Shown: positions 11,436 through 22,702, counted from the stretch's first letter. The stretch is DNA of 64,000 nt from an uncultured Gemmatimonadaceae bacterium (GCA_963829055.1 CAWHHI010000004.1:192001-256000); one strand, 5' to 3'. Numbers and translations: made by a program. Notes: generated by a model not told the origin, from the sequence alone.

Positions 11436-14400
11436 ATGGCTCAGCTTGTAGCTGCCGCAGCCTTTTGGTCTCTCTTTCTTTGTGTGCTCGACGGCTTCGG
11501 GGGCGCTCGGGCGCAGGGGATGACGTCAGCGGCAATCGCCGGCCGCATCGTCGACGATGGAGGCCACGGATTGCAGGGCGTCGAGGTGGTCGTGAAGAAC
11601 CACGCGACCGGCATCTCGATGCGCACGGTCTCTCGAGCGGACGGACGCTACCTGGTCAGCGGGCTCGAGGTCGGTGGGCCGTATTCCGTGACCGTGCGAC
11701 GAATCGGGTCGCCGATGCAGACGCGGACCGGGCTCTTTCTCAGTCTCGGGCAGCAGTTGCAGGTGGATGTCGGCCTTCGAGCAGCAGGCGGTGAGGCTTC
11801 AGGGAATCGAAACGCGGGCGGCGCAGGATAGACTGTTTTCGCGTGCGCACACGGGCACCGAGGCGTTCCTGTCCGATTCGACGATCCACCAGATGCCCGT
11901 CATCAATCGCGATCTGTACGACCTCGTTCGCCTGGTTCCGCAAATGTCGACGTGGTTCACGCTGGCACCGTCGGGAGCGGGAACCCGTGTGAACAGCATC
12001 CGCATCGACGGCGTCAGCGATCAGGTGCCGTCGAGCAATCTCGCGGCCGGCCAGTTGTATGGCGGCAAGGTCATCCCGCTGGACGCCGTGAAGGAGTACC
12101 AGGTCCTGTTTTCGCCCTTCGATGTGAGATACGGGAGCTTCGCCGGCGCGAGCATCAACGTCGTGACGCGGAGCGGCACCAACGAACTGCACGGAAGTGT
12201 GTTCGGCTACGGCACTAACGAACGCCTCGGTCCAAACGTGCCGTTAGTCCGGAGCGCGCAATATGAGAAACAGCAATTCGGCGTTTCGCTCGGCGGACCG
12301 ATCATTCGCGACCGTCTTCTCTTCTTCGTATCGTCGGAGCTGCAGCGGCGCACGATCCCGGCGATCGGGCCGCGCGTCGGTGAGCCGGCATCCGAGTCAG
12401 AGTCCGCTTCCCGTCAGCGCAGCGGACATTGCGCGCTTCCAGCAGTTGTTGAGCGGCTATGGGCTCGATGGTGGGTCCGCCGGCAGCCGTGACGAACGCC
12501 AATCCGTCGTCGAGCACGTTCCTCCGTCTCGACGCGCCGATCGCCCGCTGGAACAGCCGTATCACCCTACGCGGGAATTACGGGCACGCAGACAGCTCGA
12601 TCTTCGCTCGACCAACGGCGCTCGCGCCCACGAATTGTTCGACGAACGCGTGCTTTCCGTTGTCGTCGCTTCAGCACTCGCGTTGGGTGGACAAGCGGTC
12701 GGTCGCCGCGCAGCTCGTATCGAATCTTTGCGAGCGGTGCATACAACGAGCTCCATGTTGGATACAACGGCATCGTTTCCGGCTTCCGGCCAACCGTTAG
12801 GCAACCGCTCATCGTGGTGACCGTGCCGGGAACGAACGGAGCGCCGGCCGTTCTGCAGTCGGGAACTCATGAAATCGCGACCGGACAGAGGAACGCGAGC
12901 TGGACGGCAGAGATCACGGACAATCTCTCGATCTCCGCGGGCGCGCATCGCGTCACGCTGGGCTTCTCGTCGCAGCTGTTCGACCTGCAGGCCTTTCAGC
13001 TACGCGGCTCCTACGGCATCTGGGAGTTCGGGAGCCTGGACTCGCTGCGAACGGGCGTCGCGTCGCGCTACCGCGTGACGCGAGATACGGGCAGTGTGAC
13101 CGCGGCATCCGGCGCGTATCACGCAGCGTATCTCGGCGACGAGTGGGAAGCGTCGTCCCGCCTGTCGCTCACGTTCGGCCTCCGCGCCGATCTTTCGGTT
13201 CTCTCGGCGCGACCACCGTACGTGGCTGCTGTCGATTCGACATTCCAGGTCCGCACGGACAACGTGCCGTCCGGGGCGGTCGCGTGGTCGCCGCGGCTCG
13301 GCTTCAATTATCGCCTAACGAGCGGCGACCGCGCCGGCTCAGGTGCGCGGCGGCGTCGGTCTGTTCACCGGACGGCCGCCGCTGTTCTGGCTGTTCGGTG
13401 GCTTTTCAGCCTACGGACTCGCCGCGCGAACGCTCCAGTGCGGATCGCTTCCCGGCGACGCCGGCGCCCCACCCGTGTTTCGCACCGACATTCGAAATCC
13501 GCCGCTCGCGTGTGCGGGCGGTCAGACGTTCGCCGCCGCGACGAACGGAGAGATCGACGTCATCGACCGACATCTGCGCCTCCCTCAGACGATGCGCGCC
13601 ACGCTCGCCACGGACGCGCGGCTCCCCTTCGGCGTCGTCGGGACCATCGAAGGGCTGTACACGCGCGCTACGCGCGCCGTGTTCTTTTCTCCGATCAATC
13701 TCAGCGAACCGACCGCGTCCGACCGCCACGACCGCGTGATGTACGGGACGATCAACGCGACGGGAGTGGCCATTCCGAGACGCGTTTCGTCCCGGTTCGG
13801 CGACGTCATCGCGATCACGAATCAGTCGAAGGACTATGCCTACGACGTCGTCGGTGAGCTGCGAAAGAACAGTCGCATCGTCGACGTGACGTCGTCGGTC
13901 AGCTACGGGCGGGCCCGTGACGTACAGAGCCCGCGACCGGTCAGTGCTCTCCTCACTGACAATTGGCGCTTCGCGCGTCCCGTCACCGGTCGTCAGAATG
14001 ACCTCACGCTTGGAACCTCGGATTTCGATCAACCCTTTCAGGTGCGCGCGTCGGGCACCGTTCATTCTCCCTGGCGGCGGTATGGCACCGATCTGTCGTT
14101 CCTCTATGTCGGTGGCTCCGGATTCCCTTACACGTATGTCGCTGGCGGGACGGCGGGACGTGGCGACCTCAACGCCGACGGCGCGGTAGGCAACGACCCG
14201 ATCTACATCCCGCGTTCCGCGTTCGACACGGCGGAGATCAGATTCGGCGGGTCCGCCTCCGACGTGGCAACGCAGCAGGCCGCGTTCGAGCGCTTCGTCA
14301 GCGGCGCGACATGCCTCGCGCAACCAGCGGGGGCGCATCATGGCGCGCAACAGCTGCCGTTCGCCCTGGATGAGTCTCACGAATCTGGCGATACGCCAGG

Positions 14401-14672
14401 CGTTCCCGAGCGTACGAGAGCAGTCGATGGTGTTCGAGTTGCAGGTGTTCAACGTGCTCAACCTGCTGAACTCTCGTTGGGGGAGAATGGCGTTGCCCAC
14501 CGGGGCTTCACTGGCGACCACGAGCCAGATTCCATTGCTGTCACAGATCGGCGAAACGGCAGGACCGCGCGCACAGCCGATCTATCGGTTCGATTCGACG
14601 ATGCGCCGGTACAACGACGAGAACTTCGACACGTACTATCAGATCCAGGTGGCGTTACGCTACAACTTCTAG
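11436..14672 (+). CDS. TonB-dependent receptor, Oar-like, with carboxypeptidase-regulatory-like N-domain (several frameshifts)
   Basis: GRYLVSGLEVGGPYSV, INVVTRSGTNELHGS, SLGGPIIRDRLLFF, WSPRLGFNY, terminal YQIQVALRYNF. Confidence 0.88.
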
Positions 14673-14681
14673 GGAACTGAC

Positions 14682-16641
14682 GTGCCAGACGGACCGGCCG
14701 AGCGGACACGCCTCGTCACCGCTTTCGTTCTTTTCCTGTGCGTGTTGGCTCCGAACGCAACGGCGCAGCGTGCCGGGCACCCGACGCGCGTTCTCGTGCT
14801 GTATCAACAGCAAGCCGAGACGCAGCCGATGCTCGAGTTCACGCAGCAGCTGCGCCTAACGATCACGAAGGAGCTGGGCTCACCGGTCGAGTTCTACCAG
14901 GAAGCCCTGGACTTCGACCGTTTCGCTGGTCGCGAGCAGTCGTCGCCGCTCGTGGACTACTTCGACGACAAGTATCGCCGATTCGGCATCGACGTCGTCG
15001 TGCCCGTTGGCGGCCGAGCGTTGAGATTTGCCGTCGACCAGCTGGGCCGTGTATTGCCGAACGTTCCGATCGTGTTCGCGCTGTGCGCGGCACCTCAGAC
15101 GGATCCGGCGGCACAGCCGGAGAATGTCACGGGGCGTCTCGCCTCGGCGTCGCGCTTCGCACCCACACTGTGGATGGCGCGGCGGCTCCAGCCGGACGCG
15201 CGAGCGGATCGTCGTCGTCGGCGGCGCGGGGCCGGCGGATTCGGCCACGGTCTCCGCCGCGGTGAGCGCGGCCGCGACGTTACGCGACTCACTCGAGCTC
15301 ACCGTCCTTCAGGGCCTCTCGCTCGATGTGTTGCTCGCGAGGCTCCGCCAGATTCCTCGGCGCTCGATCGTCATTTTCGCGAACTACAGGTACGACGCGC
15401 GCGGGCAGGCATTCGAGCCATTGGACATTGTCGGCAGCATCGCGCGCGCGGCGTCGGCCCCGATGTACACACAGTTGGGCAGCTACGTCGGTGAAGGCGT
15501 CGTCGGCGGTTCCGTCCTGCGGTTCGACGACGAAGGCCTGCGCACGGGCCGGCTCGTCGTCCGCGTCCTTCGCCGTCGCGCCGGCGAACGGATGCCGCCC
15601 GTGGAGCCCATCGCCAAGTCGTTCGTTGCCGACTGGCGTCAACTGCGCCGTTGGGGACTCTCCGAAAAACGTCTGCCACCGGGAACCGAGGTGCTGTTCC
15701 GAGAACCGACGCTGTGGCAGCGACACCGGACGGTCGTGCTCGTGGCGCTCGGCGTCATCATCGCGGAGCTGCTGCTCATCGGTGGCCTTCTCGCCGAACG
15801 GCGGCAGCGCAAACGGGCACAAGCCGTGGCCGAGGAGCAGCAGCGGCGCGCCGATGAGACGAGACGTCACGTTGCGCACATGGGGCGTGTGGCCCTCGTC
15901 GGTGAGCTGGCGGCGACGATGTCACACGAGCTTCGGCAGCCGCTCGCCGCGATCCGCGCGAACGCCGAAACCGGTGCCAGGCTCCTGACGCGTAGGACGG
16001 GACAGTTCGGCGAGGACGAGCGGGAGCTATGTGAAGAGATCTTCAGCGAGATCGTCGCCGACGATCTGCTTGCCTCCGACATCATCACGCGGGTTCGCGC
16101 GCTCGTACGAAAGGAGGAATTGCCCCAGCAGCCTGTGGACCTCAATGAAGTGTGTCGAACCTCGGAACGCCTGGTCCAGCACGATGCGCTGACTCGCGGG
16201 ATCGACATCATCTTGTCGCTCGACCCGCGGATACCGCCGGTCACTGGCGACCCCATTCAGCTTCAGCAGGTCGTGCTGAATCTCATGCTGAACGCGCTCG
16301 ATGCATGCGCAGTGTCGACGAATCCGCGGATCGTCGTCGGTACGGTGGCTCGGGGCGACGAAGTCGAGGTCTCCGTGCGCGACAACGGGCCCGGACTCCC
16401 GGAGGATGTGCGGCCACATCTATTCGAGTCGTTCTTCACCACCAAATCACAGGGTCTGGGCTTGGGCCTGGTGATCGTGCAGTCGATCGTCGAGCGACAC
16501 CACGGGCAGGTGCGGGCCGAGAACGGCGAGCAGGGGGGCGCGATCTTTCGCGTCGTGCTGCCCGGCACGCGGAGCTCAGCTCCGGGTCCGTCCAAAGAGC
16601 GACGCGGGCACATCGAGCCGGAAGCTTCGGTATCGAATTAG
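14682..16641 (+). CDS. Sensor histidine kinase with substrate-binding-like periplasmic domain (frameshift near 15200)
   Basis: GELAATMSHELRQPL, QQVVLNLMLNA, DNGPG, FFTTKSQGLGLGL. Confidence 0.88.
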
Positions 16642-16743
16642 TTGTGATCCGAAGCGTGTGTAAGCCGAAGGTCCAATAAAACGTGTTGGTCGCTGGTCCT
16701 ACATCTGTGCCACCGAGGGTATGCCGCGAGCGAGGTTATTGCG

Positions 16744-17142
16744 TTGCCGACAGGAAACGGTAGGCGCCCGACGTCGGGGGCAGATGCGGACAGCTGGGTG
16801 GCGATCATCGACGACCATGAGTCGATGCGATCGTGCCTCGGTCGCGTCATGCGGATCGAGGGAATCCGCGCCGCCACGTTCGCGTCAGCCGAGGCGTACC
16901 TCGACGACGCGTCTCCGACCGCGCCGTGCTGTCTCGTGCTCGACATGCAGTTGCCCGGGATGAGCGGCCCTAAGCTGGCGCAGTTCCTCGAGCGCGAACG
17001 GCCGCCATTGCCGCCGATCATTTTCATCAGCGCGCACGATGACTTGTTGACGTCGCTCGAGGGCAGTCATCTTGTGCACGGAAGACTCAGAAAGCCGTTC
17101 GAAACCGACGCGCTGCTGGCACTCGTCACGCCACTGCTGTGA
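16744..17142 (+). CDS. Stand-alone response regulator receiver protein
   Basis: VAIIDD, LVLDMQLPGMSG, IFISAHD, LRKPF; start uncertain. Confidence 0.8.
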   Translation: MPTGNGRRPTSGADADSWVAIIDDHESMRSCLGRVMRIEGIRAATFASAEAYLDDASPTAPCCLVLDMQLPGMSGPKLAQFLERERPPLPPIIFISAHDDLLTSLEGSHLVHGRLRKPFETDALLALVTPLL

Positions 17143-17180
17143 ACGCGCGGGACGTCTCGGCGGCGCTATGCATCCTCACA

Positions 17181-17279
17181 AACGGCCTGGTCATCAGTCG
17201 TGGGTCATATAGTCGTCAGTTGTCAGTCCGTCACTGAATACTGATCACTGTACGACCCACGACTGATGACCAGGCCGTT
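17181..17279. repeat. Long palindromic element, copy 1
   Basis: Perfect 26-bp inverted repeat AACGGCCTGGTCATCAGTCGTGGGTC (17181-17206 / 17254-17279) enclosing inner TCAGT-N5-ACTGA hairpin; second copy near 58.2 kb. Confidence 0.9.
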
Positions 17280-17344
17280 GCAGCTCCAGGCCGTTCCCGA
17301 GAGCCGCGCCCCGTAGGTGGGCGTTCGTCCGCTTCCGGTGCCGA

Positions 17345-17512
17345 TTACACGGCGCACCCGCAGTTCGACGGGCAGGCGCACACGTCACAGCCGCACGCGT
17401 TGCCGCAGCAGCAGCGGGCCGCATCGGTGCCTGGTGCGTTGCTCGTCGAGCGGCACGCGCACGTGTTCGCGTGACAGGAGGCGCACGCGCAGGATGTCTG
17501 GGAGCTGGTCAT
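17345..17512 (-). CDS. Metallothionein-like Cys-rich peptide (55 aa, 14 Cys)
   Basis: MTSSQTSCACASCHANTCACRSTSNAPGTDAARCCCGNACGCDVCACPSNCGCAV; GAGGG 5 nt before ATG; GC-rich third positions. Confidence 0.75.
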   Translation of the reverse strand: MTSSQTSCACASCHANTCACRSTSNAPGTDAARCCCGNACGCDVCACPSNCGCAV

Positions 17513-17649
17513 GGTATCCCTCGGAGTCTCGATGTTGGTATCACGACGTCCCGGCGTCCCCGGGCATTGGCGCGGCGCGTGCACGGCTGGCCGTGTCCAC
17601 GCGTGCGCCCGTCGTGAGGTACACGTTAGGCCTCGAGATCCACTGCCGA

Positions 17650-17665
17650 TTGAACGAGGGGGCTG
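17650..17665 (-). promoter_or_regulatory. Putative AraC-type operator upstream of Cys-rich peptide gene
   Basis: TTGAACGAGGGGGCTG matches 19850-19865 at 14 of 16 positions. Confidence 0.5.
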
Positions 17666-17710
17666 TGTTGCGCGCGAGTCGCGTCGCTGCTGCCAGCGCA
17701 GAGCGCCGCG

Positions 17711-18565
17711 TCAGCGGTGGATCGGCGCGCCGATGTCCCGCGCGAGTGGAGGCGTACCTCGCGTGCCGACTTCGCGTGGCAGGGGCCCCGCCATCTGCAT
17801 AGCGGACGGTGGGAAGCCGAACGTGCTGCGCGAGGTGCGCGAGAGGTGCGCCGCATCGGCGAACCCCGCCGCGTGCGCCGCCGACGACAGTGTCTCGCCG
17901 GCCATCAGCAGCTCCCACACGCGGAGGAAGCGGCGCCACAGCAGGTACGGCCGGAGTCCCATGCCGGTCTGCTCGACGAACAGGTGCCGGAAGCGACCCG
18001 GCGAGAGGCACGCTTCGGCCGCGACCTCATCGAGCGTGAGCGGGCGGTCGAGGTTCGCCCTGATGTACGCGATGGCGCGCAGGATCCGCTCGTCGGACAT
18101 GACGGACGGAACGCCGCCCGTGAGCGCCTGGACAATGCGCCGCGCCGCGTCGGCGACGTCGCGCTCCGTCTGTCGCCCCTGCCACGCGTCCTCCCACACG
18201 GCGAACAGCGGCGGCACGAGGTCGAGCACGTCGTTAGGCACGTGCGCGATGCCGCCGCCGAGGTAGCGCTCGGCGAGCGTGCGTCCCTCGCGCGTCTCGG
18301 GCTCGACGAACAGCACGGCGTTAGGCGACACGTGCGTCGCGTCCATCGAGTGCGGCTGGCGCGACGCGATGATCGCGCCGCCGTACTCCGTCCACGGTTC
18401 GCCCTCCCCGGTCCGGAAGCGGATGCCCGGGGTGGAGCCGAACGCGATCTGGATGGCGTAGTGCGCGTGCACGGGCACTACGCTGCCCCCGCGGCCGATC
18501 AGCAGGCAGCCGCCGTCCCACGGCACGAAATGGCCCTGGTATGGTGCTCCACCTGCGTTGCTCAT
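17711..18565 (-). CDS. AraC-family transcriptional regulator
   Basis: HAHYAIQ N-domain; LSPGRFRHLF and AAHAAGFADAAHLSRT HTH motifs. Confidence 0.92.
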   Translation of the reverse strand: MSNAGGAPYQGHFVPWDGGCLLIGRGGSVVPVHAHYAIQIAFGSTPGIRFRTGEGEPWTEYGGAIIASRQPHSMDATHVSPNAVLFVEPETREGRTLAERYLGGGIAHVPNDVLDLVPPLFAVWEDAWQGRQTERDVADAARRIVQALTGGVPSVMSDERILRAIAYIRANLDRPLTLDEVAAEACLSPGRFRHLFVEQTGMGLRPYLLWRRFLRVWELLMAGETLSSAAHAAGFADAAHLSRTSRSTFGFPPSAMQMAGPLPREVGTRGTPPLARDIGAPIHR

Positions 18566-18645
18566 GCGCTCCCTCGCTTCGCCATCGCCTCGATACTAGC
18601 GCGCGGCTAGCGCGCGATCAACGCGCGATGGCCGTGTGGCGACGG

Positions 18646-19752
18646 TCAGGCGCCGACCGAGGCCCCGACGCGGCGCGCCACCTGCTCGGCGATGAATGCG
18701 GCGTCCTCCCCGACGCCGCCGATGAGCGACGACGTCATGCGGTGCTGGAAGCGCAGGCCGACGAAGTAGAGTCCCGCCATGTCAGTCGCGACGCCGCGGC
18801 GGTGCCGGGGGCGCCCGTCGGTGTGGAGAACGGGTAGGTCGATCCAGCGGTAGTCGGATGTGAACCCCGTGCACCACACGACGACCCGCGGCTCGAGCAC
18901 CGTCCCGTCGCAGACGGGGAGGCCCGCGCGCTCGTCGGTGACGCGCCCGACCCGTACCACGCCGCTGGCCTCGATGGCGCGCTCCGGGATGCCAATGAGC
19001 GAGTCGCCTCCGGCGGCCGCACGGGCAAACAGACGCCTGCCCAGTCGGGTGTCCAGCGTGGCGCGTGTCATCACAGGCCAGATCCAGTCGAACAGGTCCC
19101 GTCCAAGCAGCCGGCGGGGCAGATGCCCCGTGTCGCGGCCCGACAGCCACACCTTGCGGAAGCGCGCGAGCTCGAGCGCGATCTGCGCGCCGGAATTGCC
19201 AGCGCCGACGACGAGCGCCGGGCCGTCGGGCAGGTCGAACGGGCTCCGGTACTGGCTCGAGTGGAGCTGGTGGATGGTCGGCGCGAGCCGCGACGCGCGA
19301 TCCGGCACCGCGGGCCGCTGGAACGGTCCCGTCGCGACCACGACGTTGTCGGCCTCGAACCGGGTGTCTCCCGCGCGTGCGACGTAGCGCTCTCCGTCCC
19401 AGCCGAGTGACTCGACCCGCGTGTCGTGGCGAACGGGGAGGTCGAAGCGCTCGACGTACCGCTCGAGATAGTCTGCCACCTCGTCCTTGTCGGGCAGGTG
19501 GGAGGGCGGGGCGGGGAAGACCAGACCGGGCAGCCCGCTGAACGCCGCGGGAGTGAAGAGGCGGAGCGAGTCCCAGCGCCGGCGCCACACATCCCCCGTG
19601 CGGCGCTCGGCGTCGAGAATGACGAAGTCGACGTCACGTGCCGCCAGGTGATGGCCGACGGCGAGGCCCGCCTGTCCGCCGCCGATGACGATGGTTTCGA
19701 CGCGCTCCACGCGCGTGGAGGGCATGGTGTGCGTGTGCGCGGAATGGGTCAT
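18646..19752 (-). CDS. Flavin-containing monooxygenase, CzcO/ArsO-like
   Basis: VIGGGQAG, WRRRWDSLRLFTP, QLHSSQY, VVGAGNSG, WCTGF. Confidence 0.88.
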   Translation of the reverse strand: MTHSAHTHTMPSTRVERVETIVIGGGQAGLAVGHHLAARDVDFVILDAERRTGDVWRRRWDSLRLFTPAAFSGLPGLVFPAPPSHLPDKDEVADYLERYVERFDLPVRHDTRVESLGWDGERYVARAGDTRFEADNVVVATGPFQRPAVPDRASRLAPTIHQLHSSQYRSPFDLPDGPALVVGAGNSGAQIALELARFRKVWLSGRDTGHLPRRLLGRDLFDWIWPVMTRATLDTRLGRRLFARAAAGGDSLIGIPERAIEASGVVRVGRVTDERAGLPVCDGTVLEPRVVVWCTGFTSDYRWIDLPVLHTDGRPRHRRGVATDMAGLYFVGLRFQHRMTSSLIGGVGEDAAFIAEQVARRVGASVGA

Positions 19753-19849
19753 GGCGGTCGCTCCGGAGACGTGGACGGCTCGGGGTCGCGGCCGATCGAC
19801 GATCGCGGTCAGCCGTGCGACGATGATCGCCTAACGCCGACGTCCGCGC

Positions 19850-19865
19850 TTGAACAAAGGGGCTG
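19850..19865 (-). promoter_or_regulatory. Putative AraC-type operator upstream of flavin monooxygenase
   Basis: TTGAACAAAGGGGCTG, near-copy of 17650-17665. Confidence 0.5.
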
Positions 19866-19924
19866 ATCGCGAGCGCTCCGGCGCCCGCAAGCACGCGGCG
19901 CCGGCAATGCAACAGCCCGCCGCG

Positions 19925-20744
19925 TCAGCGGCCGCGCATCGAGCGCGCGTAGCGGGCCGGCGTCTCTCCGAACGTCTGGCGGAAGACGCGCGTGAAGTGC
20001 GACTGGTCGGAGAAGCCGGCGTCGAGCGCGATCATTGACAGCGGACGATCGCCCTTCGCGACCTCGATGCGCGCACGCTCGATCCGACGACGCCTAACGT
20101 AGGTCGCGACCGTCGTACCGTGATAGCGGCGGAACGTGCGGAGCAGATGCGACGCGTGCACGCCGGCGAGCGCGGCGAGGTCGGTGACCGAGGGAGTGTC
20201 CGCGCCGGCGGCCTCGATCGCGTCCTCGACACTCTGGAGCCAGCGCGGTCGCCGCCGCTCGCCGATCACCGGGAGTCGCGATAGATCGGCCACGAGAAGG
20301 AGGAGCGCGCCCTCGACGGCGAACCGCGAGACGCGGTCCGGCTCGCGGAGCTCGGCGCCGAGCCGCGCCGCCCAGCTGACCGCGCCCCGTCGCGCAGGAT
20401 CTGTGGCGCGGTCGGCAACGCGGCCTCGCCCGCGCCGACGCGCTGCGAACCACCGCGCAGAGAACTGGATGTTGAGCCACCGGCCCGGCGTGAGGAACCG
20501 GTGCCCGTGCGTCTCGTACGACGGCGTGTAGAGAAGGCTCTGCACTCCCAGCTCGCGCGTGCGACTGCCGATCTCCTCCGTCGCGCTGCCCTGGAGCACG
20601 AGGCTCAGGAGTGGCGCATCGTGCGCGTGGGCGGCGACGCAGCAGTCCGGCGGCGTACGTGTTCTCCGCGACCGACACGCCGTCGAACGCCTGCGCGCGC
20701 ACCGGCGCTCCGACGAACTTCCCCATCTCGATCGGTGCGGTCAT
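19925..20744 (-). CDS. AraC-family transcriptional regulator (frameshifted)
   Basis: GVHASHLLRTFRR, IALDAGFSDQSHFTRVFR; N-terminus MTAPIEMGKF in another frame. Confidence 0.85.
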
Positions 20745-20924
20745 GCAATCTCCCGGCGAGGCACATCGAGCCTGCTTTCGATCCCGAATATAGGGCCGCC
20801 GGACCGCCGCGCGCGAACTGGTCACCACGTTCGTTCCATCGTGCGTGTTCGGTGCTAGAACGAAGCTGCGCAGCCAGGGGATGTTGGGGGCACGTCATCA
20901 CGCGACATCACCTCCGTCACCGCC

Positions 20925-21631
20925 ATGCACACGACTTCCCCGCCCGGTCCGCTCTCCATTGGAATGGTGCTGTTCCCCGACCTCACGCAGCTCGACCTCA
21001 CCGGCGCGTACGAAGTGCTCGCGCGCATGCCCGACACGCGAGTGCACCTCGTGGCGTCCACGCTCCACCCGGTGCGGAGCGAGTGGGGGCTGACCATCTC
21101 TGCCGGACGCCACGTTCGCCGACGCGCCGCCGCTCGACATCCTCTGCGTGCCGGGCGGATGGGGCGTCAACGAGCACCTCGACGACGAGGAGCTGCTCGG
21201 CTTCCTGCGCGCGCGCGGGGAGCACGCTCGCTACATCACCTCGGTGTGCAGCGGCGCTCTCCTCCTCGGCGCCGCCGGACTGCTCCGCGGCTACCGCGCG
21301 ACCACGCACTGGCTCTCGCTCGATCTGCTCCCGCTCCTGGGAGCCGAGGCGGTCCGGCAGCGCGTCGTGCGTGATCGGCAACCGGATCACCGGCGGCGGG
21401 CGTGACGGCGGGGATCGACTTCGGCCTCGGCGCTCGCCGCTGAGCTCTTCGGGCCAGCCACGGCGCAGCGGATCCAGCTCGCGATCGAGTACGCGCCCGC
21501 GCCGCCGTTCGACAGCGGGTCGCCGGACACGGCCCCGGACGACATCCGTCGACGCGCTTCGTCGCGACAGCCGTGACGCGCTCGACCGACGGCGCGCGCT
21601 CGTCGAAGCCGCCGCGCGTCGTCTCGGCTGA
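20925..21631 (+). CDS. DJ-1/PfpI family protein, isonitrile-hydratase-like (frameshifted)
   Basis: [41 protein letters not shown]. Confidence 0.85.
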
Positions 21632-21679
21632 CCGCGCACCACGCGAGTAACTGCCATTCCTCGAACCAGGAGCGACTAC

Positions 21680-22087
21680 ATGCCCTACTTGATCGGAATC
21701 GTGCTGGCCCTCGCCGTCTCGGTGTACGCGACCGCGCTCCGGCTCGATCGGGATCGCGCGTTCTACCCGACCGTGCTCGTCGTGGTCGCCTCCTACTACG
21801 TGCTGTTCGCGGCCATGGGAGGCTCAGGCCGCGTGATCGTCGTCGAGTCGCTCATCATGGGTGTCTTCGTCCTGGCCGCGTCGGTCGGCTTCCGGCGAAG
21901 CCTCTGGCTCGTCGTCGCGGCGCTCGCCGCGCACGGCGTGCAGGACTTCTTCCACGCGAGGCTCGTCGCGAATCCCGGCGTGCCCGCCTGGTGGCCGGCG
22001 TTCTGTCTGAGCTACGACGTCGCTGCCGCCGGCTACCTGGCGTGGCGCCTAACGCAGAATCCGGCCCGGCGTGTGCCGGTCGCCTAA
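21680..22087 (+). CDS. Hypothetical membrane protein
   Basis: AGGAG RBS; several hydrophobic helices; NPGVPAWWPAFC. Confidence 0.75.
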   Translation: MPYLIGIVLALAVSVYATALRLDRDRAFYPTVLVVVASYYVLFAAMGGSGRVIVVESLIMGVFVLAASVGFRRSLWLVVAALAAHGVQDFFHARLVANPGVPAWWPAFCLSYDVAAAGYLAWRLTQNPARRVPVA

Positions 22088-22150
22088 CGCAGGTCCAGCC
22101 ATCCTCCGCAAGGAATCATGTCCACGATGAAGCGAGTGCCGGGACTGGCG

Positions 22151-22681
22151 TTACCGGTTCGGCGCCTGCGCCGGAGATGACGCATGCCAGTGGATGACCT
22201 TCCAGCCGCCCGGGTCCTTCCGGAACACGACGGTGCGCCTGGAGGGAGTTTCTTCGGCGCCGAGATGGAAGCTGACGACCGCGACGCCCGGTCCTGCCAT
22301 CTGAACCTTCAGATCCCGCGGGGCGATGCCCTGAACCATTGGCCGCCCCGCCTTCGCCCGCGCCTCGCGCTGGGCTGTCATGAACTTGCCGAAGACGTCC
22401 TCGATCTCGGCCTTGCCGTTCACTCGAGCAGGGAACTGGGGGAACGGAAAAAACATCGTCATATCCTCGGCGAAGTAGCCGCGGAACGAATCGAACTGAA
22501 GCGAGTCAAACGCGGCCAGGAACCCCTGCGCCGCTGCGTGCACGCCAGCTGAGTCAGCCGCCCAGCCGCCGCCGGTGGGCACCGCCGAGCGAGACGGCTG
22601 CGCGCCGCCGCCGAGGTTGGTGCACGACGCGAGGACGCCGAGTGACATGAGGAGAGCCAGCACTAAGGATCGGTTCTGCAT
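22151..22681 (-). CDS. NTF2/SnoaL-like (DUF4440-type) lipoprotein
   Basis: Lipobox LASC; C-terminal RRTVVFRKDPGGWKVIHWHAS. Confidence 0.75.
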   Translation of the reverse strand: MQNRSLVLALLMSLGVLASCTNLGGGAQPSRSAVPTGGGWAADSAGVHAAAQGFLAAFDSLQFDSFRGYFAEDMTMFFPFPQFPARVNGKAEIEDVFGKFMTAQREARAKAGRPMVQGIAPRDLKVQMAGPGVAVVSFHLGAEETPSRRTVVFRKDPGGWKVIHWHASSPAQAPNR

Positions 22682-22702
22682 GGTAGGATCGAGTGTCTAG
22701 TG

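Noticed and set aside
22082..22153. TAACGCAGGTCC / GGACTGGCGTTA inverted match between convergent stops
   Set aside because: 10 of 12 match with an unpaired interior and no GTTRRRY core; likely chance
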